Positions 43,463 through 53,914 of a DNA stretch of 64,000 nt are shown here, piece after piece. The notes below the pieces were generated by a model, which made no database searches, was not told the origin of the DNA, and was given only the letters and a program-made list of their open reading frames with translations. Made by a program: the position numbers and the translations under genes. How positions within the stretch are numbered: position 1 is the first letter of the stretch; each line of letters starts with the position of its first letter. The stretch comes from Kineosporiaceae bacterium (lineage in GTDB: Bacteria > Actinomycetota > Actinomycetes > Actinomycetales > Kineosporiaceae): contig JADJPO010000002.1 of NCBI GenBank assembly GCA_016713225.1, positions 107,844 to 171,843 of the forward strand. The letters are read 5' to 3'.

Positions 43463-44495
43463 AGTGCCCCTATTGAACGATGTGGATGTGGTGGATCGCG
43501 CGCTGGCTGGCCTGGCCGACGTGGGACTCCGAGCGGTCCGGCGAGGTGAGGGGGTGGTGGTCCACGCCGGGGATGGCGCGCACCGCAGGTACCGGCTCGT
43601 GGTTCGTGATCGGATGACGGCGCCGGTGGCGGGGGCGATCGAGGCACCTGGTGAGGCGGCGGGTGCGGCGACGTTGGTGGTGGCACCGTTCGTTCCGGAG
43701 CCGGCGGCTGTGGTGTTGCGTGGGCGGGGTGTGGACTATGTGGATGCCGCCGGGAACGTGTCGTTGCGCTGGGGCGGCGTCTGGATCGACGTTCGTGGAC
43801 GGCGCCGGGTCGTGGCCGATGTCCCGGTGACCGCGCCGAGCGCGCGGCGTCCGTTCACGCGTTCGGGGGCGCAGGTGACCTTCTGTCTGTTGTCCTGGCC
43901 GCAGCTGTGCGCGACGAGTGTGCGCGAGATCGCCGCGGCCAGTGGGACGGCGGTGGGCACGGCACAGGCTGTACTGCAGGACCTGATCACGGGTGGCTAC
44001 CTGGTCGGGGCCGGCGCCGGGCGGCGCTTGGTGCGTGGCGGGGAATTGCTGACCCGGTGGGCGGAGGCCTATGCCCTGTCGCTCTACGCCTCGCTCGAGT
44101 TGGGCACGTACCACGTCGAGGACCCGCGCTGGTGGACCGATGCCGGCGAGGAGTTGCTCGACGCGGGGGTCGATCTGGGGGGTGAGGCGGCCGCGTCGCG
44201 GATGGATGCGCATCTGCGCCCCAGCGGGGCGATCCTCTACGCCGAGACAGTCCCGGCGGGCGTGCTGGCCGCCCATCGGTGCCGCCGCGTCCAGCGACCT
44301 GACGAGGCAAACGTGGTGGTGCGCAGGCGGTTCTGGACCGTCCCGCAGGAGTCGGATCGGACGGAACCGCAGGGGTTGGCGCCCTCGGTGTTGGTCTATG
44401 CCGATCTGCTGGTCTCGGGAGATCCCCGTCAGCGCGAACACGCTCTGCGAGTGAGGAGTGGTGATGCTCGACTGCGTCGGCTCGACGGAAGCTGA
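43449..44495 (+). CDS. AbiEi-like antitoxin/regulator, copy 2 (intact, near-identical to copy 1)
   Basis: The 348-aa product differs from copy 1 at only a handful of residues (for example S/A at 71, M/V at 122, A/V at 223, P/R at 304). Confidence 0.65.
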   Translation: MHNERVPLLNDVDVVDRALAGLADVGLRAVRRGEGVVVHAGDGAHRRYRLVVRDRMTAPVAGAIEAPGEAAGAATLVVAPFVPEPAAVVLRGRGVDYVDAAGNVSLRWGGVWIDVRGRRRVVADVPVTAPSARRPFTRSGAQVTFCLLSWPQLCATSVREIAAASGTAVGTAQAVLQDLITGGYLVGAGAGRRLVRGGELLTRWAEAYALSLYASLELGTYHVEDPRWWTDAGEELLDAGVDLGGEAAASRMDAHLRPSGAILYAETVPAGVLAAHRCRRVQRPDEANVVVRRRFWTVPQESDRTEPQGLAPSVLVYADLLVSGDPRQREHALRVRSGDARLRRLDGS

Positions 44496-44736
44496 CCTCC
44501 TGGCAGGCCCTCGGCCGACTCACCGCTGCCCTCGGCGCCCCAGCATCTGGCCTCATGGTCATCGGCGCCACAGCTCGAAACATCCTGTCCATCGGCCTGT
44601 TCGGCCGCTTGCCTCAACGAGGTACCCGCGATGTCGACATCGCGGTCGCCGTCGCGTCGTGGCCCGCCTACGACCACAGGCTCAATGTCCTCGGACTCCA
44701 CTCGCCAACGGTTTCGGTGCGGAGGTCGCCTCCTGA
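44464..44736 (+). pseudogene. AbiEii-like nucleotidyltransferase, copy 2, destroyed by internal deletions
   Basis: The start and end match copy 1 (MLDCVGSTEADLL ... ANGFGAEVAS). A small deletion after ADLL shifts the frame, and two blocks corresponding to about 40593-40740 and 40758-41160 are missing. Confidence 0.75.
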
Positions 44737-44852
44737 CCATGCGGCCCGAGTCGACCATCGTGACGCCCTTCGGACCTCTCGCCCCACGAACGCCCCACCA
44801 TCAGCGTCCTGCCGCGAATGCGGCCCGCGGCGCATCGACCGTGTGGCGGTTT

Positions 44853-44893
44853 CGGATCAAGAGGTCAGGGGTTCGAATCCCTTCCGGCGCGCA
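44853..44893 (+). repeat. att copy 3 (distal end of the island array), 3 mismatches to the tRNA-Arg 3' half
   Basis: Compare cggatcaagaggtcaggggttcgaatcccttccggcgcgcag here with cggatcaaaaggttaggggttcgaatcccttcgggcgcgcag in the tRNA. Confidence 0.75.
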
Positions 44894-44939
44894 GCGTGAG
44901 TTCCCGATGAACAGCCCTTCCGAGAGCGGTGCGGCGTGG

Positions 44940-45381
44940 TCATCGCGTCCACCGGACGCCGGCTGCGCGGACGTAGCGCCGCCAGACGTACGGCCACGGG
45001 ACGACCGCGAGGATGACCACGACGAGTGAGTTCTTGACCAGCATGTCGGTGGTGGCCGAGTCGAGGCCGTCGCCGAGGGCCTGCGGCAGCGCGACCAGCC
45101 CGAGCCACAGCAGCTTCCAGGCGGACTCGAACAGCAGTACCGGCAGCATCATCAGCGGGTGTCGCAGGCCCAGGAGTGCCCCGAGGGACATGGCGACCAA
45201 CATGGTCAGGGTGACGCCCTCGTAGAGCGGCATGGAGGAGGCGTCCCGGAGCAGCGGCCACTTGACGAGGGCGAGTCCGAGGCCCATGAACAGGTAGCCC
45301 GCCACGCATCAGGTTCAACCGGATGAGTGACAGCTCGGCGGTGACGGTGGGGGCAGAGGTGGCAGAGGTGGCGGTGGACAT
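44940..45381 (-). pseudogene. Small membrane protein, apparently frame-split near 45303-45310
   Basis: ATG 45381 has a strong AAGGAG site and reads MSTATSATSAPTVTAELSLIRLNLMR. The hydrophobic remainder (AGYLFMGLGLALVKWP..., 121-aa track ORF) is in another frame that opens exactly at this point. Alternatively the gene starts at GTG 45305. Confidence 0.45.
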
Positions 45382-45689
45382 GGTGCTACTCCTTCGCGGT
45401 GGAGGTTTGTGGTAGCCCGGCGATGCCGAAGCGGCGACCGCCGAGCGAGTGGCCGATGTCGATGACGCTAGGAACCGACGTGGTGAGGTCACATCACCAC
45501 GTCATGTGACCGGGCTGGTGATTCGGTTCGAAGGGCAGGGATCCGTGAGGTGGCTTTGACGTGCCCGAGCGGCGGGGTGCAGCCGGCACCTTCCACGCAG
45601 ACCCGTCGCTGACCTCCCGCCCACGGACGGAGGCGCCGCGTGGAATGTGCAGTCCGCAGTGCGTGAAAGGTGGACTCACCGCCGGTTGC

Positions 45690-46277
45690 TCAGCTCGTCG
45701 ACGGGTCGAGCGTCGGCCATCGATCCACCGCCCAGGCGAGCCAGGTCGACCACTCGCTCGGTGGGCCGGGGATCTCCTCTCCCGCGAGTTCGGCGGCGTC
45801 CGGCGCCTGGAACTGGCCACGCCAGGAGACAACATCTGACTCGGGCATCGGGAAGCTCTCGTGTGGCCTCTCCGCTTGACGGTGCGCGATACGGGCGAGT
45901 TGGACGTCCAGCTCGACGGGCAGGTACACCACCCGACACGCCACGTCGGCCTCGTCGGCCAGCCAACGCAGAGCCGACCGCTCGTCTCGACCCCAGAGCC
46001 CGAAATCGAGGACCACGCTGGTCCCCAGCCGCAGGGCCTGCAGCGCCAGAGTGATCATTCGGCCCTCCAGGATGTCGCGCTTGCCGTCGGCGGTCAGTGA
46101 CTCGCCGAACAAGGGGAGGTGCCACTCGTCGGGGGTGAGCCGCAGTGCGCGATGCGACCCGGCCAGCTCGCGGGCGAGGGTCGTCTTACCGGCGGCAGGC
46201 AGCCCGACCATCAAGAACAGTGTGGCGTCGGGGGATCCGACGCGTGGATCGGATGGCTCGTGCTGCGGTGCGCGCAT
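45690..46277 (-). CDS. P-loop kinase-like ATP-binding protein (AAA_33 / zeta-toxin-like fold)
   Basis: ATG 46277. Walker A LMVGLPAAGKTTLAREL lies near the N-terminus, with a VVLDFG Walker-B-like strand. Confidence 0.75.
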   Translation of the reverse strand: MRAPQHEPSDPRVGSPDATLFLMVGLPAAGKTTLARELAGSHRALRLTPDEWHLPLFGESLTADGKRDILEGRMITLALQALRLGTSVVLDFGLWGRDERSALRWLADEADVACRVVYLPVELDVQLARIAHRQAERPHESFPMPESDVVSWRGQFQAPDAAELAGEEIPGPPSEWSTWLAWAVDRWPTLDPSTS

Positions 46278-46574
46278 GCATGGCTCCTGGTCGAAGGCGG
46301 GGCCAGACAACGCGGAACGGCCGTCTGGCGGGAAGCCTGACGGCGCGGAACCGAGGAAGGACCGGCGAGGTGCCCGCGCCGTCAGTGAGAACGGCGGGGG
46401 CGCGTCACGCAGGCGAAAGCGCACATGTATGCGACGTTACCGAGTCTGCCCTGAGGCCGGAACGCGGTGATGCGTCAGAGTGCACTGATCGTGCAATGTG
46501 GCGTTGGATCACGCCATTCCCGCGCCAAGGCGGGCACCGTTCTGCCGGCTCCAGGCACCAGCGCGTGACTCGAG

Positions 46575-46790
46575 CTACGGGGTGTCGTCCGGGGTGTCCC
46601 CGGGCTCGCGCTCCATCGACTGCGATCGAGCATGTTGCTGTTCCCGAAGGCCCTCGTCCTCCAGGGAAGGGTTACCGCTGGATCGGCCCATGGCCTCCTT
46701 CGCCCTCCCCTCGAGATCCTCCACCTGGTGAGGATCGAGCTCCGAACTGCGCCCGGAGTGTGGGTTCCGGTTCTGGTTCTGGTCGCTCAT
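46575..46790 (-). CDS. Possible small hydrophilic protein
   Basis: 71-aa charged ORF (MSDQNQNRNPHSGRSSELDPHQVEDLEGRAKEAMG...). It has a weak ribosome-binding site and no recognisable family. Confidence 0.3.
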   Translation of the reverse strand: MSDQNQNRNPHSGRSSELDPHQVEDLEGRAKEAMGRSSGNPSLEDEGLREQQHARSQSMEREPGDTPDDTP

Positions 46791-46963
46791 ACCCTGACGG
46801 CTACGTCGCTTGCTCGTCAGAGCTGCCCATCGATGTCGGCGCATGAGACGGGTCATACCCCGATAGGGGCTTCCTATACCCCGGCCATGCTGGGTGAGGC
46901 GCTCGATCGTGCGCACGTGAACCGTGCTGTTCATGGTCATGTGCAGGCCGCGTGAACGCGGCT

Positions 46964-47230
46964 TCACCCCAAGCGTTCGGGTCGATGACGCTCAGACCAG
47001 CTCACGGGTCCGCTGCGAGTCCCCACCGCAGCTCGGGCGAGTCGGCTGACCGCCGCCACCAAGCCACCCCAGCCCGATCGTAGATCCACATTGGGCACCC
47101 TCAGCCACACGGCGCGCCGGGTCGCGAAGGCCCGGGCCAGCCGCGCATCCTGGCGCAGTTGCGCCTCGATGTCGTGGAGCAGCATCAACTCGCGCTCGGT
47201 GAGTCGATCCCGATCCTGGTTGTCTTCCAT
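46964..47230 (-). CDS. DUF3040-like small protein
   Basis: ATG 47230 lies 6 nt after GGGAGG. LTERELMLLHDIEAQLRQDARLARAF matches the DUF3040 N-terminal pattern. Confidence 0.6.
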   Translation of the reverse strand: MEDNQDRDRLTERELMLLHDIEAQLRQDARLARAFATRRAVWLRVPNVDLRSGWGGLVAAVSRLARAAVGTRSGPVSWSERHRPERLG

Positions 47231-47527
47231 CTGCGGCCTCCCGCTCCCGTCCCGAGTCACGTTCGGCGTCTGGGTTCTTCGTGCCGCAGGATGCGTGCCA
47301 GGAAGAGCAGGAACACTCCCAGGACGAGCCACCCGGCAGTGAGCAGGACGATGCCTCCGGTCATGGCGAGGGAGGTACCCCGGGAGGCCGATCTCATGCA
47401 GCGCCGCGGACGGACTCTGCCGTCGTCGGCCACGTGCACCTCAGCGACCGAGCTGTGGTTACCCGGGCGCCCGTGGGGTAGATGCACCGTGCCCGTACAC
47501 GACGGGTCTGCGAGAGAGGGCAACGCT

Positions 47528-47701
47528 ATGGGTATCGACGACACGATCGGCAACACGGCCGAGGAACTGCGCGGCAAGGCCAAGGAAGGCGCTGGAAAGG
47601 CCACGGACGACGAGGAGCTCGAGGCCGAGGGCCGCACCGACCAGGCGAAGGCGAATCTGAAGCAGGCCGGCCAGAAGGTCAAGAAGGCCTTCGGATCCTG
47701 A
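47528..47701 (+). CDS. CsbD-family stress protein
   Basis: The 57-aa product is MGIDDTIGNTAEELRGKAKEGAGKATDDEELEAEGRTDQAKANLKQAGQKVKKAF. Confidence 0.8.
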   Translation: MGIDDTIGNTAEELRGKAKEGAGKATDDEELEAEGRTDQAKANLKQAGQKVKKAFGS

Positions 47702-47775
47702 GGCGAACGATGAACGGGCACGGGGCGCCGTGCGAGCCAATGGCCCGCACGGCGCCCCGGGTTCGTGACCCGACC

Positions 47776-49995
<2,220 letters not shown>

Positions 49996-50084
49996 TCACA
50001 TATCGGGTCGTGAACGGTGCATCGATCCGGGTGCATCGATCGAACGGTGGGCGAGGTGCCCGGGCGGTGGTGGACGGCGGTTGG

Positions 50085-50513
50085 TCAGGTGGCGGCGGGG
50101 GAGCAGGTGGGGCAGGTGCCCCAGTAGACGACCTCGGCCTCGTCGATGACGTAGCCGTGATCGTCGGAGGCGGTCAGGCAGGGCGTGTAGTCGACCGCGC
50201 AGTCGACGTCCGCGATGGCGCCGCAACGGCGGCAGATGATGTGGTGGTGGTTGTCGCCGACCCGCGCCTCGTAGCGGGGAACCGAGCCGGCTGGTTCGAT
50301 GCGCCGTAGCAGTCCTGCCGTGGTCAGGGCGCGCAGGACGTCGTAGACGGCCTGGGTCGACACCTCGCCGAGTTCGTCGCGGACGATCCGGATGATCGAG
50401 TCGGTGTCGGCGTGGGAGTGCGTGTGGACGGCGCGCAACACGGCGACCCGGGGGCGGGTCACACGCAGTCCCGCCTCGCGGAGCAGGGCTTCGGCCTCGG
50501 GCGTCGTCCTCAC
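50085..50513 (-). CDS. furA: Fur-family transcriptional regulator (FurA type)
   Basis: 142 aa with the DNA-binding helix STQAVYDVLRAL, metal sites HHHHIICRRCG and CPTC, and position immediately upstream of katG. Confidence 0.9.
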   Translation of the reverse strand: MRTTPEAEALLREAGLRVTRPRVAVLRAVHTHSHADTDSIIRIVRDELGEVSTQAVYDVLRALTTAGLLRRIEPAGSVPRYEARVGDNHHHIICRRCGAIADVDCAVDYTPCLTASDDHGYVIDEAEVVYWGTCPTCSPAAT

Positions 50514-50533
50514 GGGCCGTAGTCTGCCGCGTT

Positions 50534-50552
50534 TTCTGGAACTAGTCCAGAA
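50534..50552. promoter_or_regulatory. Candidate FurA operator TTCTGGAACTAGTCCAGAA
   Basis: It has inverted TTCTGG/CCAGAA arms around AACTAGT, about 20 nt upstream of the furA start in the only AT-rich patch nearby. A second TCTGGA follows at 50557. Confidence 0.5.
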
Positions 50553-50649
50553 CTAATCTGGATCAATTCCAAAGGTGCAGCGCCTGCCCGTCCCATCGCG
50601 GTCGTCGCTCACGGGCTGCGTCGGGCGGGCTGCGGCGGGTCAGTGTCGG

Positions 50650-50964
50650 TCAGCGGCGGCGGTGGCGCGCGGTCCAACAGGCACGGTGCCAGTGTCGCCG
50701 GTCCTCCACGCCGCCGAAGGCACCGATCGGCTCCTCGGCGGGCCAGGCGACCAGATGCGCGACGCGTGGCGGGATCTGCTGGCGACAACCCGGGCACAGG
50801 TAGGCCTTGCCCGCGGCGGCCGCACTCACCGGCCGGACCAGCCACTCGCCGTCCGGGTGCTGCTCGAGTCGGCCGGTGCCGTACAGCGCTCGGTCGCGAT
50901 CGATCACCGGCTCCGGGGAAGGCTCGCCCCTGGCGCGGCGACGGGGACGGTTGCTGCGCGGCAC
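50650..50964 (-). CDS. Hypothetical small protein with CPGC...HWHRACW zinc-ribbon-like motif
   Basis: 104-aa ORF with a GTG start and GC3-rich codons. Several overlapping alternative ORFs look like GC artefacts. Confidence 0.5.
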   Translation of the reverse strand: MPRSNRPRRRARGEPSPEPVIDRDRALYGTGRLEQHPDGEWLVRPVSAAAAGKAYLCPGCRQQIPPRVAHLVAWPAEEPIGAFGGVEDRRHWHRACWTARHRRR

Positions 50965-51018
50965 CCGATCAGGGTGACAGACCCGTCGCAGACCGGCCCC
51001 GGCCCCGAGCCGGCCGGG

Positions 51019-52434
51019 TCAGATGGTGCGATGCTCCACATCGGTCTCGATCGAGGTCCGCGGCGCCGGCAGAGCCGCTCGGCGGCGCTCCTTGGCCCCT
51101 CGCTTGGCGAGGTACATGCTCTGATCTGCCTCGTGCAGCAGGTCCTCGAGCGATGAATGGTCGTCCATCAGGACCAGCCCGACACTGACCTCGGGAACCA
51201 CCTCGGCGCCGTCCACGACGATCGGAACGCCACAGCGCTCGCCGAGCCGCTCGCGGATCGACTCGGCCTCCGCGCGATGGTCGATCCCCGGGCACAGGAT
51301 GGCGAACTCGTCACCACCCAGTCGGGCCACCATGTCGGTCGGTCTCACCGCCGACACGAGACGCTGGGCGGTCACTCGCAGCACCTCGTCGCCGACGTGG
51401 TGCCCGTACGTGTCGTTGATCGCCTTGAACCCGTCGAGGTCGCAGTACAGCACGGCCACGATGGTCCCCTCCCGAGGCCTCCGGGCCAGGATGCCCTCGG
51501 CATGTTCGGTGAACCAGCGACGATTCGGCAACCCGGTCAAGGGGTCTTGCAGAGCCAGCATCCGCGCCACGCGTTCTCGCTCGGCCACCGCGGTGGCCGT
51601 GGCCAGCGCCGTGAAGCCGATGACCACCGAGAAGGCCTGGGCCGAGAGCAGGTTGACCACGCTGTGCGCCGGGACGCCGAACGGTCCCCGGCCGTGGATC
51701 CCGGCGACCGAGGCACTGACGGCGACCGTGGTGGCGTTCAGGGCGGTCCAGCTGATCCCCAGCCGCTGCGCCGACCACACCAGTGCCGGCAGGCTGAGCC
51801 AGGCGATGGGGATCCCGCTGGTCGACCAGAACACCAGCACCGTGAGACCGGCCGACACCACCCCCTGACCGATGGCCTCGCGCCAGCGCCCATTGGGCAG
51901 GCGGAGCGGGGCCAACAGGGCCGGCCCGACCGCCGCCACCCCCGCGACGTCGGGCACCGACCAGGTGGCGGCGATCTGCCACCAGGGGTCGGGCAAGCTC
52001 GGCGTCAGCAGGGCAACAGCCAGCGGAGTGCTGGTGGCCACCCCGGCCAGCGCGGCGATGACCAGTAGTGGCATGGCCACGGTGACCTCGGGCCACCGGC
52101 GCCGCAAACGGGTGTATGTCGTCGCCACGACGAGTGGCTCGAGGGCGTTGGCCAGAGTGAACCCCAGCGACGTGCCGAGAGAGTTGCCGGCGCTCAGGTT
52201 GAGCACGAGGTTGTCGATCAGCAGGGCGAGGACGACCGCGACCACGGCGAGCCGGCTGCGGCGCCGCGCGCGGATCATCAGGGCGGCGCCCACGCCGGCC
52301 GCGGGCCAGAACAGGGCGATCGAGGACTCGGGGTCCCTCAGCTCGAGGCCGACCTGGACCGCGACGCCGTAGCAGACGGCGGTGAACGCCAACCAGCGAG
52401 CGAACGCCGCTGACCGTCGCAGCACTCCCGACAC
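51019..52434 (-). CDS. Diguanylate cyclase with N-terminal MASE1-like membrane sensor domain
   Basis: It has about 8 TM helices followed by a GGDEF domain (DPLTGLPNRR, RLGGDEFAIL). Confidence 0.85.
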   Translation of the reverse strand: MSGVLRRSAAFARWLAFTAVCYGVAVQVGLELRDPESSIALFWPAAGVGAALMIRARRRSRLAVVAVVLALLIDNLVLNLSAGNSLGTSLGFTLANALEPLVVATTYTRLRRRWPEVTVAMPLLVIAALAGVATSTPLAVALLTPSLPDPWWQIAATWSVPDVAGVAAVGPALLAPLRLPNGRWREAIGQGVVSAGLTVLVFWSTSGIPIAWLSLPALVWSAQRLGISWTALNATTVAVSASVAGIHGRGPFGVPAHSVVNLLSAQAFSVVIGFTALATATAVAERERVARMLALQDPLTGLPNRRWFTEHAEGILARRPREGTIVAVLYCDLDGFKAINDTYGHHVGDEVLRVTAQRLVSAVRPTDMVARLGGDEFAILCPGIDHRAEAESIRERLGERCGVPIVVDGAEVVPEVSVGLVLMDDHSSLEDLLHEADQSMYLAKRGAKERRRAALPAPRTSIETDVEHRTI

Positions 52435-52451
52435 CCTCGGCTCAGTCCTGC

Positions 52452-53015
52452 TCAGGCGCCGGTCTCGGCGAGGAACTCGGTGGTCACGTACCGACGCATC
52501 CGAGCCTGGAGTTCCTTCAGGCTGCGGCAGCTACCCTCCGGGACCGCGGCAAGGTCCTGCATCTGCTGGCGCACCGGGCCGGTCAGGCCGGCCATCAGGT
52601 CCATGGCCGCTGCGTCGAGGTCGCGCATGGCAAGGACGCCCAGCAACTGCAGGCCACGGTGCACCGTGGCCTCGGGCAGGGTCTGCGAGGACAGGCAGTA
52701 CGCGGCCAGCTCACGCAACTCGGCCCGGATGCAGGTGAGCCTCACCGTGCGAAGGTCCTCCTGGCCGTTGGTGGCCACCCGGACCCAGTAGCCCAACACA
52801 CGTTGGTTCACGATCGGCACTCGGACCGCGGCGGCCAGGCTCACGGTGCCGCCCGCCCCGGCGACGAGTACGCCGGAGTCCAGCAGAGCGCCCAGCTGTG
52901 CCTCGACGCTCTCGCGGGACATCGTGGTCAGGAACGACCTCACCAGGACGGGTTGCCCGAACGGCCCCTCCTCGCGATACGCCTGGGCCACGAGTCGCAG
53001 GATCTCTTCGCTCAC
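52452..53015 (-). CDS. Hypothetical protein
   Basis: 187-aa ORF with a GTG start and GC3-rich codons. No recognisable motif. Confidence 0.5.
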   Translation of the reverse strand: MSEEILRLVAQAYREEGPFGQPVLVRSFLTTMSRESVEAQLGALLDSGVLVAGAGGTVSLAAAVRVPIVNQRVLGYWVRVATNGQEDLRTVRLTCIRAELRELAAYCLSSQTLPEATVHRGLQLLGVLAMRDLDAAAMDLMAGLTGPVRQQMQDLAAVPEGSCRSLKELQARMRRYVTTEFLAETGA

Positions 53016-53182
53016 ACTTCACCCCTTCTCGCCTCGGGCCCTCGATGGGCCGCACCGTCCGGTCGGCAGCACCAGAGGCCATTCCCGTATGTCGGCTCGC
53101 CCGACAAGGCTCTGAAGCGGCGGGCGGGACACCGCGGTGGCAGGTCGGTCCGTGGCGGGTCGGCTCAGTGTGCGGCGGGCCG

Positions 53183-53830
53183 TCAGGCCGTGGCGGGATA
53201 CCCGGTGATCAGCCCGTCGGTGGTCGGGACCGACCCGGTGTCGCCGACGAGCTCTGCGCCCAGAACGGTTCGCAGTCGCCGCAGGGCGCGTTGCCGCACC
53301 GGCCCGACAGCTCCCAGCGGCATACCCAGCCGCCGCGAGATCTCGATGTAGCTGGGTGGATCCGGCTGGAGCAGGAGCTCGACCAGTGCGCGTTCGCGAC
53401 CGTGCAGCAGGCTCACCGCATGGCGGATCACCTGTTGTACCCGGTGGGCCTCGAGCCAGTCGTCGGGGTCCGGGCCCACGACCGGGGCGTCCAGATCGTG
53501 GCGGGGCACCTCGCGGGCCGCGCGACGCCGCAGGGACAGGCACTCCCGGCGGGCCGTCGTCCGCAGCCACGCCGTGATCCCGTGAGGGGTGTGGATCCTC
53601 TCGATGTGGGTGAACAGGGCCAACCAGGTGACCTGCGCGACGTCGTCCGCACAGGCTCCGAACACGCCGCACCGCCGGCACACGGTGCGGACCAACTCGG
53701 CGTGACGGCGCACCAGCTCGGCCCAGGCGAGGTCGTCACCGCGGGCCGCCGCGCGCAGCAGCCGGTCGTGGTCGCCCGGCTCGACGATGTGCCCGGCCGG
53801 TGCGTCGGGACGCGGCACGATGATCACCAC
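53183..53830 (-). CDS. ECF-type RNA polymerase sigma-70 family factor
   Basis: It has a region 2 pattern (DDVAQVTWLALFTHIERI...ITAWLRTTARRECLSLRR) and a region 4 HTH (SYIEISRRLGMPLGAVGPVRQRALRRLR). The start is uncertain. Confidence 0.8.
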   Translation of the reverse strand: MVIIVPRPDAPAGHIVEPGDHDRLLRAAARGDDLAWAELVRRHAELVRTVCRRCGVFGACADDVAQVTWLALFTHIERIHTPHGITAWLRTTARRECLSLRRRAAREVPRHDLDAPVVGPDPDDWLEAHRVQQVIRHAVSLLHGRERALVELLLQPDPPSYIEISRRLGMPLGAVGPVRQRALRRLRTVLGAELVGDTGSVPTTDGLITGYPATA

Positions 53831-53914
53831 GCTTTCGTGCAGGTGCCTTCCTCACCGGCATGAGAGCACCGAACATCACCGACCGCAGCCCGAGGTGCCC
53901 CGGGTCAGCTCGGG

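Larger units (their letters stand above)
41329..44893. mobile_element. Island B: integrase-less deletion derivative of an island-A-like element
   Basis: It is bounded by att copies 2 and 3. The left end matches the island A left end, then jumps (junction about 41484) to the homologue of 25613 onward. The right end repeats the AbiE module. Confidence 0.7.

Noticed and set aside
39300-44900. The two ~1.5-2 kb repeated blocks (39.3-41.3 kb and 43.4-44.9 kb) as copies of an insertion sequence
   Set aside because: They have no transposase, no terminal inverted repeats and no target duplications. They encode the AbiE-like pair and each ends at an att copy, so they are the homologous right ends of two related islands.
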